Below, in pieces: positions 1 to 12,500 of a stretch of 64,000 nt of DNA; position 1 is the first letter of the stretch; every line of letters starts with the position of its first letter. This DNA is from Euglena gracilis. Lineage: Eukaryota. The translations under genes and the position numbers were made by a program. The notes beneath the pieces are model-generated. The model saw only the letters and a list, made by a program, of their open reading frames with translations. It searched no databases and was not told where the DNA came from. The stretch covers positions 44,805,847-44,869,846 of the forward strand of contig CP154954.1 in the NCBI GenBank assembly GCA_039621445.1, written 5' to 3'.

Positions 1-986
1 GCCCCAGAAATGGGCCAAAATTGGTCGAGAAATGGCCATGACTCGGGCCACACGAAGAAGTTGGGGGGAAAAGTAACCCATGACCAGATTGGGCATTCCA
101 AGGGCTTCATTTTTGGTCTCCAGGAAATTCCTTTGATTTTTGCTTCATTGTCCAGATATCTTGAAAAAATCGATTCTTCGACCAAAAAACAGGGCTGTTT
201 TGGGCCGCAAAAGTGCACCGGAACACAGGCCAGGCGGCCAAAACAGCGAATGGGGGGCGATAGAGGGTCTCAGGGGGGGTGCATTTCGTCTGGCGGACAC
301 TTTTGGAGATAATGGACATTTTCTCGAGATTTTTGAAAAATCAATTCTTTTGACCAAAAATCTCAGCCCGCAAAATGGCAGAGTCGTAACTGGGGGGGGG
401 GGGTGGCTAATCCTCCAGTGATCCAACCCTTGTCAGTTGAATAAATCTGGCCGGGCGGGGGGTTGGGGATCCAGTCGCTTGCGACTGAATGAGAAAAAAT
501 TCCTGGAATGGGGCCAGGGTCATGGTGATAATCCGCGGTTCTCATAACCTAATTTTTCCTGGTGGTGAGCTCCGCTCTTACTCTAAAGAGATCAGCCTCC
601 CCCCCTACCTCGAAACTGAAGGGGGCAGGGAAAATTATTGATTGTATGGACCGGCAAAGGCCCAGATGCAAGGCCAAAGTTAGTGGGAAAGCCCTGATTT
701 TGTCTGGAAAAAAAAATTAAAAAAAAATGTTCATTTTTTGAAAATTTTTAACACTTTTTTTGTGGAAACATCAAAAACAACAAAACATGTGCAATATGCT
801 CTAAAATGAGGGAAACGGGGCATTTTTTTTGCTCATTTTCCAGCGCAGCACCGGAAGAAAATTTTTGCTATTTTTGGAACCTGCCGAGGACGGGGGGTGG
901 GGATCTAGGCTCCCTCCCAACATCGAGGGGGGATCCGAACCCCTCTGCCACCTTACCCCGGGGGGAGGGGGGGGCAACCCCTACCA

Positions 987-1569
987 CAGGGTTTACCACC
1001 GGTTCGTGCTAGGAAGCCTGAAATACGCTTCGTGATTGTTCGTGATTGTTCGGACTTCCAAAAAACCGTCCGGTTTTCCATTTTCCTTAGCGAAATAGGT
1101 GATTCCTCTGGTACTTTGGCTTCTTGTGCTCTTTTAATTGAAATATCCAGGTCAATGAGGAAAGCAAAAGCTCAATTCAATTCAGCTGATGAACCAGATT
1201 TTTCCACAATCTTCGGTTTGCAAATGAGGTTGTCCTTGTGAATTGACAATGAAATATGTCGCTTTGCATATGTCTTCTTGGCCCAGTGCACTGAAAAATG
1301 GCAAACACTGAACCATTTCTGAACCTCTCAAACTGAAAAAAAGGGGGGGAATCAAAACAAGATAGGTGTGACACCTGGGCAGTATGCTTTTCAGGAGTCA
1401 TTTTGCCACCTCTCTTCCATGATGTTATCTCTTTGGTTGGTTGAACAACACCGGTATTCTCAGAAGAAGACATTTCTGCAGGGGTGACGAAAAAATCCGG
1501 TTCGTGATTGTTCGTGCTGGTTCGTGATTGTTCGTGATTGTTCGTGGCACGAACCGGTGAAAAACCCTG
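987..1569. mobile_element. MITE-like element with internal (cgtgattgtt)n
   Basis: TIR cagggtttaccaccggttcgtgc / gcacgaaccggtgaaaaaccctg; TSD not clean. Confidence 0.65.
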
Positions 1570-1843
1570 CCCACCACCCACCTCAAACCCAGAGGGTTGC
1601 ACAGCACTGTTTAACGGTCTGTAGCAATCAAGGATGAGGGATGGCACTGTGGCAGGGTCGTCTTCCCCTGGCAATGTCCCACCTGCCAGCCTGAACCCAC
1701 ATACAATCTTGCAGTCCACGAACAACACACTTTCATCCACATCCAAAAATGATTGGATTCGGTGCCCTCCCACCGTTGGGGTTCCATACTTGGAGGGGGG
1801 ACACAGAATGTAAAGCACAGAAGGTGTGGCAAAAAGGTCCCAC

Positions 1844-4800
1844 CTGACATTGGCCAGGGCATCTTCCCCAAAAGAGCTCTTTGCGTAGAGGTTGGCCGAC
1901 AGGAAATCGCAATCTCCTTGGATGAAGTTGTCTGACGTGAGAGACCTGCACAGAAAAGGAGGCGGGGAGCCCCTTGTGGCAGCCAGACTGTTCCCCCACC
2001 CCAGCAGCGAATCAACCAGAAACCACAACAAGAAACAGGCCAAAATTTTCCTTCGGCATTGAAGGAATTTTTTCCTTGCGGGGTGCTGTGGTGGATGACG
2101 TGGGGGCAGGGCAGAACGGGAAGGCCTGGGGGGATCCACCCCCCCCCCACCCACCACAGCATTTTCACCAATTTTGGGAAAATGGGGGATTGCCGGGGGA
2201 ATTTTTTGAAATTTTTTTGAAAAATGATACCAAAGTACATGATTTTTTGATAGAAACTACACAAAAAAACACAAAAAAACCTCAAAATTTTCAGGTTTGA
2301 AAATTGGTAATCTTTAGGAGGGGGGTGGAAAAAAACGAAAATCAAAAAATTTGGACCAAATTTGGCACAATCAAATTTAACTGAAAAATTTTCCCTTGGC
2401 TTTTTTTGGATTTTCAATAGCATTTTTTGCTTCAAAAACCTCAAAATCAAAATCTTGAGGAAATGTTGAATTTTTGGAAGGTGTGTGAAAAAAAACGGGG
2501 GTTGAAAATGGGGCTTTGGGGGGTTTTGGGGGGGTCCTCCTATATGCGTCAAAATACGCCCGGCGCCGAAGGCGCGGGAAAAAATTTTGGGGTCCAAAAA
2601 ATGGTGCCACCAGAACAACGGGAAGAGGTGGGGGGGGGGGTTCAGCCCCCACCCACCACCCTGGCTGTTTGGCATTCCCGTTCTGCCCTGGGTGGGGGTC
2701 GACCCCACCCCTGCCTTCCCGCACATGCCGTACAGGCCTTCCCGTGCAGCCCTGCCTGGGCTTTGGGGGTCTGTGTCAGGTCGCCGCTTAAGAAAAAATG
2801 AAACCCCGGGGGGGGGAGGGCAGCCAACAGCCGTTTTTTCCAGCCAGCAGCCTTTTCCAGCCTCGGACCCCCCCTCCTCCCCCATAGACAAGTTTTAATT
2901 ACTTTGCAGCCGCCCGAAGGGCACCTGGACAGTGACAGATTTTTCGCTTTTGGAGGTGCAAAAATGGGCCAAAAATGGCCAAAAAAAGGGTCAGATTTGG
3001 GCCAGCTCAAATTTTGGGTCAAAAAATGTTTTGCATAATTGGCAGTTTTTGGGCATTTTTGGAGTTTCGATTTTTTGGTACCCAGATCAACCCCAGGTCG
3101 GGCCAAGTTCCAGCTGGGGGACCTGTTCTGGGACATCCTGTTCTGGATTATTGTTGTGTCCCCAAGCAAGGTCCAATTTCCTGCCTAAAAAGCAGTGCCC
3201 CAGAAAACACAAGAAAGCCTGGTGGGGGGGGGGGGGGCGTCAGACCCCACCCACCAGGATTGGGGTGGGGAGTCGACCCCCCCCCAAAAATCCCAGAAAT
3301 CCCAATTTGGGGATTTCCATGCAGCCCTGAGCCCAAAGTATTGAACTTACTCCATATCGGGGAGGGAGGGGGGAGGAAACAAAAAAAACATCCACATGCG
3401 CAACCACAATTCCATCAAACCCATTGTCACTGCCCAAAGCGATTCCAAGGGTCCAGCAGGATGGAAGGTAACAATGATGGGAAACCTGGAGCAAGGGCCG
3501 AATGAGCACCGAGATCTGGAGGACTCAAACAACAGAGTCCATTTGAGGGCTGCAATTTGAGAAAATAATATGCAAAATCCAAAAAAAAATTAAAAAAGAC
3601 GATAGAAATATAGAACACGGTGGAAAATAACATACACACAATACTTGAAGATGTAAAATAACCAAAACTGCATATTCCACATTCTCCACGTGATTTTTTT
3701 TAATTTTTCATGCCCATATGTTTGTACATCACAAGGGGGGAATGTGACACAAGGCTCCTCAAAAAATGCAATGCAAAAAAATGCAAAAAAAAATGTTTTT
3801 GGACCAATTTCACATTTCCAGCAGTAATTGTTCAATTAAATATAAGTGGATGCAACTTGGTGAACCAAGCACATCATTTTGCAAGTTTGCACCACATTTT
3901 CCTTTGGTGTTGCATTTTGGGGCAGTTGAATTTCTTCTAAGTCCTCTCCAGCAGAAAAGCGTACAGCCCTGGGAGCTCCTAAAGAAATTTACATGCAACT
4001 TGAGGTGCTGCACAAATGCCCCCAAAAAAACGCAAAGGCAAAATATGCAAAAAAATGCAAAAAATGCGACTTTTCACAAATTTTTTCATTATACACAAAA
4101 AAGCAAATTATGCAAAAAAATCAAGTTTTCAAGAGTTAGGATTGCACAAAAAATGCAAATTATGCAACTTGCATTTTCCTCCAACCCCTGATATCACCCT
4201 CTGGCAGAGCTGACAAGGGGGCACCTCAGAGTTGGAGTGTCGGCTGGAAAAATGGTTGCTGGCTGACCACCCCACTCCACCAGCTGAAGTTAGCTCGACA
4301 CAGAGTCGAACCGGGTAACAGAAACTTGAAACTGCAGAAATGATTTCAAAAAAAAGCTGCAAATTGGGCAACACATTGATTCTTTGACCCAAAATTTGAG
4401 CGGGACAGCCCTTTTCCCATTTTTTGCCCATTTTTGCCCCATATTTTTTTGCACCTCCAAAAGCGGAAAAATTGTTGCCGTCCAGCCGCCCTTTGGCTGC
4501 TGGAAGAAGGCTGCTGGCGGGAAAAGGATGCTGGCTGGACTGGACTGGGATGGAATCCCCTTCAGGTTGACAGGGGGGAAGGCGCAACTCCGGCCTTGAA
4601 AAAAGGCACAAAAAAATGAGCAAAAAAGGAGCATTGTTGGGGGGGGGGGATGCGAAAGTTTGAGAGAAAAGGCGCAAAAATCACAAATAGGAAAAAAATA
4701 CCCAAAAAATATGCGAAAGGGGTACCAAATTTACAAGAATTGTATGGAATCAAGAGGAAAATATCAGTTTCAAAAATCAGAGGTAAGAATTTGCAAAAAT

Positions 4801-5113
4801 GGTGGAAAAAAAAATACGAAAAACTGGAATCACAAAAAAATGCCCCAAAAATGCGCCGGAAAAAAAAACAAAAAATGTGCAAAAAAAATGCGGGGAAAAT
4901 GCACTAAAAATGTGCAAAAACACGAAAAATATCCCCCCCCCCACTTTGGGACGCCCTGGGGCAGTCCCTGGGGCAAACCGCATATTTGTGTTCTGCATGA
5001 TGTGGTCCAGGAATTCACGCAGAGACTTGATGTCGGTGTTCACCACCACCTTGTTCTCCCACTCGAACTCAGCCCACATCGACCGGAAGGCAGTCGGGGC
5101 ACAGGTTGCCGGG
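1844..5113 (-). CDS. COPB1: Coatomer subunit beta (COPI beta-COP), two C-terminal exons only (5113-4979, 1945-1844)
   Basis: The GT-AG spliced translation [79 protein letters not shown] matches the beta-COP appendage motifs [14 protein letters not shown] and [16 protein letters not shown]. Upstream and final exons were not found in the window. Confidence 0.9.
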
Positions 5114-5226
5114 CTGCACAATTGCGAAGTATATGCCCGACAGGCATGTTTATGTGTGTGTGCAGTTGCACGTGTGCATGTATGTGAATGTGCACACATA
5201 TGATATGTAGGTGTATGCACCGGAGA

Positions 5227-5412
<186 letters not shown>

Positions 5413-5489
5413 CGCGCGCGTTGGGAGGAATGGAAACCTGGGGAGTCGGAACACCCCCCCGGCGCTGCTGCCTGGCCTTGCCACGGGCA

Positions 5490-8400
5490 AAGCTGCGCAT
5501 CAGCCGGATGCCAGGCTTGGCGGCGCCACCCGTCTCCGAGGGGCCCACACCCACTTCCCTTTGCTGGCTGAGAGAGCTGGAGGGGAAGACCTGGCCCATC
5601 ACCGTGCCAGGGGACGTTAAAAAAAAACAAATGGTTCCCGACAAAAATGGGAGGGAAGACGACGTTGGGGAAATCCTTCAAATGGCCTAGTATGGCAATT
5701 CCTGGGATTTATTAATATATAGTAATAAAGAAAAAAAGAATATATTCTGGAAAAAAAACATGGTATTTGTGGTCCCAAAAGGCAAAACCCTTGAAACGGA
5801 GCGTAACACGCTTTCCAACAATCATTGAGATGTTAGATTGCATATTTGAGACATATTTGGTCCCAAACAAACTAAAACTTAAACAGACTGTTCGGATAAA
5901 TGTCCAGGAAAACTGGTTTCAGGGCACCACCCCAACAGGTTCTGCCTCCGAGCTGCCCCCACCCTCCCGCCAGGCTGTTTTTTTTTACCAACCCCGGGGT
6001 CGGCACCACCTTAAAAAACAGCCTCTCCTGCCCCCCTGCCCCCCCGCAGTACTTCAGAAATTCAGCCCGGGTGGTGAATGGCTTGTTTGGTGTTTGGGGC
6101 ACCAGGCGGGCTGCGGCCGACGTACATCCCTGACAGCATGGGGAGGTCCAGCAGCAGCATGCCCTCCGGGTGCCACTGCATGCACTCCCGCATGATCTGC
6201 CGCAGCGCCGCGAAGCCCGGCCGCAGCATGAGGCGGTGGGGCCGCTCGGGGACCGGGAACATGCGGCCGTGGATGCGGCGCTCCCCGGGGCGCGGCATGA
6301 GCACGGCGTAGTCTGGCACCGCCGCCCGGCACAGGCCAGGCCACAGATGGGCGGTGAGTTTGAGTTGTTTTCCCATAGGGGGGGGGGCAGATTTACGAAA
6401 ATTCATTAACCGTGAAGGTTTTGGGGGAGAAGGGTGCGCCCCAAGCAGCAACGCCGTGGAATCCCTCGGTCGTGCCCAGTTACCAGATGCCAGAAATAGT
6501 CCCTGCATCCACTCCATCCACACATGTTTTTTGCTTGACTGTCATGGCGATTACGTGACTCTTTGCCAAATCTCCACGGTAACTGCTTGGGATCATTTGG
6601 GATGATCCACAAACATTGTCTTCAACTCCTCAATGTCCTCTTGCAACTGCAACTGCATCCATTCACCGGCATTTGTTTGAATATCCCAAATGGTTCCAAA
6701 GCTTACCAACAATGTCACAAAATGGGGAAAATGGTCAAATTGTTGTTTGTCATATTCAAAAATAGCCACAAAACGGCCAACGCATGGCTTAAATGACTTG
6801 AAACGACCCAAAATTGCCCTCCAAATGCCACGAATGGCTCAAAAAATGCCAACAAATGCCAAAAATGGCAGAAAATGGGCCGAAAAGCTCTGAGCCGTAT
6901 GCCACATGCCATTTGCTCATATGACCAATCAGCCCAACTTTGACCCAAAATCAGGCCAAATTTACCCTAAATGGCCGTCGTTGGTAAAACGTGGTTCAAA
7001 TGGCCAAAATGGGCACAATATGAGACATTTTGGCAAAAGATGGCTCATAAATTCAAAACATTGGTTTGATTTTGGAAAAAAAATGCCAACATTGCCGAGC
7101 ATCATCCAGCGTCGTTTCACGTGCTTGGTGTGCCTCAGGATGTCAGGGCTGTGCTACCACACACAAAACGAATGTCTGAATGCACAGCACACCAGAGGAA
7201 ATCCGTATGGGGATAAAACTGCATTTTTTTTGTGAAAACCCCGCAGAGGGCGTGAACAAAAAGAAGATTCAAGGCCTTCAAGACGCTTAGCTACACCCTC
7301 CTTCCTGAGCCTCGGTCGTGATGGGAAGGGGATGTGGTCCAGCTCCTTGAAGAGGAGGGAGGACAGGAAACTGGGCCCCTCAAAGAGGTCCACGTCCTGC
7401 GGTGGTCGCAGGGCGGGGGGCAGGGGCGGCGGAGCAGGATGTGCCCGAGCGGGGGTTGGAGGGGGGTCAGCAGTTCGACAGAGAACGGTCCCCCGGTGTC
7501 CACCGTGCTGAGTTGTTTGGCATGACCTGCGGAACAATCCCCCACCACAGTTGCACAAATGCAGGAAGAATTGCAGGAGCACCTCTGTGGTACGTGGAAG
7601 CACCAAGGAAGAGTGCAACTCTCCCTCAACCGCACGTTGAGAATCCATGATTTTTCCATGGACGCAACATATTTCCACCCACAGGATTTTCACAGAGGCA
7701 CAAATGCAAAAAATATTCCATGGATCACCACATGGCGTTGACATGTATTGGTGGAATACATGAGTTTTTTCCTGCTGTAAACATTCTCAATGCAGGATAA
7801 ACCATGGGCAGGGGAAAACAGGCAATGGTTGGCAGACAAGGATTCAAACACATGAGTTCAGAATATGGTGTTGACAACATGATTTGTCCCGATGCAAATA
7901 TTTTTGTGCAGGAAAACCATGATTGAGGGAGTCAGCAAAGCGTTAAACTTGCATTGACATTCACAAACGTGAGGACTCAATCCTTCAGCCTTGGAGGTTG
8001 GCTGCAACTTTTGGGTTCAATTGAGGTTTTTTCTGATTAGAAAATAAACTGCAAAAAAACGTGCAGTTTCTTCTTTAAAAAAATACTAAAAAGAAAAACT
8101 GCAAAAAAAACTGCAAAAACTGCAGAAAAACTGAAAAAAAAAACTGAAAAAAACTGCGAAAAACCCAAAATGTGAAAAACTGCAAAAAACCCCTGCAAAT
8201 ATTGCATGGTGCATAATTCCCCCCTCCCTGCAACTGCCGACGCTGACCATCTCTCCCGCCCCGCCCTGGATGGCAGGGGCCGGGCCAGCACCTCATCCGG
8301 GAGGGGCAGGCGGCCGGGGGGCAGCTCGAGGGGGTGGGTGGCGGGGGCGTACACCCAGTGGAGGGGGCTCGTTGGGTGCAGCTTCTCCGTGATGACGATG

Positions 8401-8802
8401 AGGTCCGGCATGGAGTGCAGCAGCGCCCACAGCGAGTGGCGAGTGGCCCGGCACGGCAAAAAGTGCGGGGGGGGGGGTTGGTGGACGATGGTCTCCGATT
8501 CCGAGGGGGAGGGTTTGCGGCACTGAGTTTGCGGCACGGCCAAACAGAGTGGTGCACCAGAGTCTTGGAAGCTCATATACATACATACATACATACATAC
8601 ATACATACATACATACATACATACATACATACATACATACATACATACATACATACATACATACATACATACATACATACATACATACATACATACATAC
8701 ATACATACATACATACATACATACAAACATACATACATACGTACGTACGTATGTATGTATGTATGTACGTACGTACATATATGTATGTATGTACGTACGT
8801 AC

Positions 8803-8835
<33 letters not shown>

Positions 8836-9506
8836 TGTATGTATGTATGTATGTATGTATGTATGTATGTATGTATGTATGTATGTATGTATGTATGTAT
8901 GTATGTATGTATGTATGTACACATACATACGTACATACATACATTCATACATACATACATACGTACATACATACATACATACATACATACATACATACAT
9001 ACATACATACATACATACATACATACATACATACATACATACATACATACGTACATACATACGTACGTACATACATACATACATACATACGTACGTACAT
9101 ACATACATACATACAAACATACATACGTATGTATGTATGTACGTATGTATGTATGTACGTACGTACATGTATGTATGTATGTATGTATGTATGTATGTAT
9201 GTATGTATGTATGTATGTATGTATGTATGTATGTATGTATGTATGTATGTATGTATGTATGCATGTATGTATGTATGTATGTATGTATGTATGTATGTAT
9301 GTATGTATGTATGTATGTGTACGTATGTATGTACGTACGTACGTATGTACGTACATACATACATACATACATACATACATAAATACGTACGTATGTACGT
9401 ACGTACGTACATACATACATACATACATACATACATACATACGTACATACGTACATACATACATACATACATACATACATACATACATACATACATACAT
9501 ACATAC

Positions 9507-9537
<31 letters not shown>

Positions 9538-12500
9538 CATACATACATACATACATACATACATACATACACACGTTTCGAGTGCAACGGGACTGTACCA
9601 TATTATTCTGGCTGGCAGCAGTGTTAGGACTGCCGCCTGCAGTGCGTGGGCCGGGCCACGGCGGAAGCCCAGCAGGGCGATGCGCCGCCGCTGCTTCTTG
9701 CCCTTGAAGCCTGCCAGGGCCCGGAACTGCTTCCCGAGGACCCCCTTCGGGTATCGCCGTAGCCGCGCCCGCACAAACACTCCGTCGGAGAGGGGGGCGG
9801 GGCCCGCCAGAGAGGCCGCTGGAGTCCGCACCCGGAATGAGAAACGTGCAGGGTGGGTGGGTTTTGACCGTTTCCAATTTTTACAAAAAAAAGAATTCCT
9901 TCTTGAGGTGTTTGGGACTTGGCGGAACGGCTTTTTTGTTTTGTCCCAGCGGGTGCCAAAATGCACCAAAAAATGCGTCAAGAATGGGCTGCCCGGCTCA
10001 AATTTCGTGCAATTTTCTTTTGCATCATTACTGATTATTGGCCTTCTCGCAAATCTCAGTTTCCAGTCTGCGCCCCAGCCCGGTCCCAGTTGCAATTGGT
10101 GGGATTTGGGGACAACCTTCGGCTGTTTCCACTCCAACCCATACTTGGGCAGGGGAGGGGTCCAGCCTCTGCCCCCCACCCCCCAAGGGGTCAGTGGAAC
10201 CTTGGTTGATGCAGCTGCTATTGACACTCAACGCCACATACCACACATTTTTTTTCCCAAGCCGAAGCCTGAATAAACGTGAATTGGGAAACTGTCCCCT
10301 TGGGACGATCCCAGAGAGTCTGTCCCCCACAAAACACACACCCAAAAATATTCGTCATTCGTCATTCTGACACAAAGATAGCACATCACAAAAAATGCCC
10401 ATCTGAAAGAGCAGTGTCAGGAGCACTGCTTCAATGCTGGAAAAAAAGGGTGTGCGGATAAAGGCAACCAGCCCCCGGGACCAGGTTTGCTGGGTTTCCT
10501 GATCCCGAAAACCACCACAACCTCCCCAAAGAGCAAAAAAATATAGCTGGGCAAGTTTGGTGCCACATCGGGGCCAATTTGGTGCCACAGGTGGTGCTAT
10601 TTTGGTTCCACGAGTTTGGTCTCGGCAGCTTTTTGTCCTTTTTTTTGGTCTTTTGAAAATGACTGTGAATATGCGAGCACCTTCGTGTCTGGATTGTTTC
10701 TCATTATTTTTCAGGTTTAAAATCGGCACGAATGGCAGTGAGCACAGTCACTCTGCCAACTGAAGTCGTTTGAGTCAATAAAAATTCAGTTTTCACGGGG
10801 CCAATGCTAGCAGACAGTTTCAAGGTTGGGCAATTTGCACAGCATATTCCTCCGACCAGATGGGAAGGCAATGTGTGTGGGGTGGGGTGCTTTTTGGGGG
10901 TGGGAGGTCACAAAGAAAACCGGAAAATCAAATTTACACTGTATCTCTCTGCCTCGACACCTGTCACCAGTGCAATCCTCACCTTCCTCTGATTATGATA
11001 TGAAGCTTAAATTAGAAGAAAATTATCGATGTAACGCTGGCTGGAGCGGTGGAAGGAGAGCAGCCAAACTGAATAAACCACTGGGCTGAGCATCACGATG
11101 TAAAGCTGGCTGGAGCGGTGCAAGTGGCCAACCTGAATAAATCACTGGGCCTGGCATCACTTGCGCGTCACCCAGGGCGGGATTTAACGACCCCCCCCCC
11201 CTCCCCAGGGGGTTCCAGCTCAGAGGCTGAAAGATTTGGGCTGGCTGGAAGTAAGGCTGCTGGCTGACACCCCCCCTCCAGGGGTCCCAGGCTGGAGCTG
11301 ACCCGACCCGGGGTCAAACTGGGTTTCAAAAAAAAACAACGGAACTGCAAGAATGTCCAAAAAAAAAGCCAATTATGTGAAAAATCGATTTTTTAACCCC
11401 AAAATTTGCTCTGGCCAGCCAGCTCTGGTCAGCTTTCCGACCCCTTTTTGACCCATTTCTGGGTCAAAAATGGGTCAAAAATGGGTCAAAGCAAAAAAAT
11501 TGTCACCGTCCAGCCGCCCTTTGGAAATAAATAAAACTCGTTGAGGGGGGCTGGGGCTGGAAAAGGCTGCTGGCTGGAAAAAGGCTGGACCCCCCCCCCC
11601 CGGTGGGGTCAAATTTTCTTAAGCTGCGCCCTGACGCCAGCAAATCAAACTGTGCTTGCTTTTGTTGCAGGGGAGGGGGTGGAAAACCAAGACCCTTGAA
11701 ACACAGCCCCACTCTCTGTGGAAGTCATTGTAGTCTTTCCAGCGGTGGATGTCCCAGTGGCTGCGGTCTACGTCCGGGTTAAGGCGTCGCCTCCGCTCCT
11801 CCGACATTCCGCCCAAGCGCCTGTATGTGTGGGGGGGGGGGGGGACTTCAACCCCAGACTACGTAGGAAGCGGCGAACGGCGTTTGTAATAACATGCATC
11901 CATACATCCACTGAAAAAAAAAAGAAAGCATGGACACAGACACATCCGCCCGGACATCACAAAACCGGTGGCACGTATATGGGAACATGGGAAGCTGCGA
12001 GCACGAGCCTGGTTTATCCTTGTGATGAAGATCGTCGGGACAGGGGCTTGCACTCCGCCTCCATCCAAGGGGCTGGGGGGATGCCACAGGAGGCTCAGGT
12101 CCCAGGCCAGGGCTAAATAAGGCTTTGATACAATGATACGAGGGCAGGTGGGTCGGACCCCATCCGTCCGGGGGGGGGGGGGGGACCCCCAAAAGGTCCA
12201 ATTTTTTCTTCCGGCGCTTTGCGCTGAAATTTGTTCTTGCATTTTTGACAAAAATTTGCCAAAAAAGTGCCCCAAATGGTACTTTCGGCCGTGCCGGGAG
12301 ATCAAAGTGTTTTGGTCACCCACACTGTGCCACAATTCAGGTAACTTCCCTGGGATAAACCCAACCCCAGGTGGGGGGTTGCACCCTCCTGTCAAGGAGG
12401 ACTTCCCCACGCTTGGTGTGATGTGGCACGCCAAAACCCTCAAAATCAGACAAAACCCTCAAATTGATACTTTCAACTGCTCTGGGCATTTCCACTTTAT

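Noticed and set aside
4260-4320. Extra COPB exon ([11 protein letters not shown])
   Set aside because: Out of order; the exons at 4979 and 1945 already join in frame by GT-AG.
1611-4907. K/F/G/P-rich ORFs in the track
   Set aside because: They arise from A/T/G/C homopolymer-rich intronic repeats and show no codon bias or protein motifs.
8037-10227. Long ORFs of 277-644 aa (MYVC/HTYI repeats)
   Set aside because: Artefacts of the stop-free tetranucleotide microsatellite.
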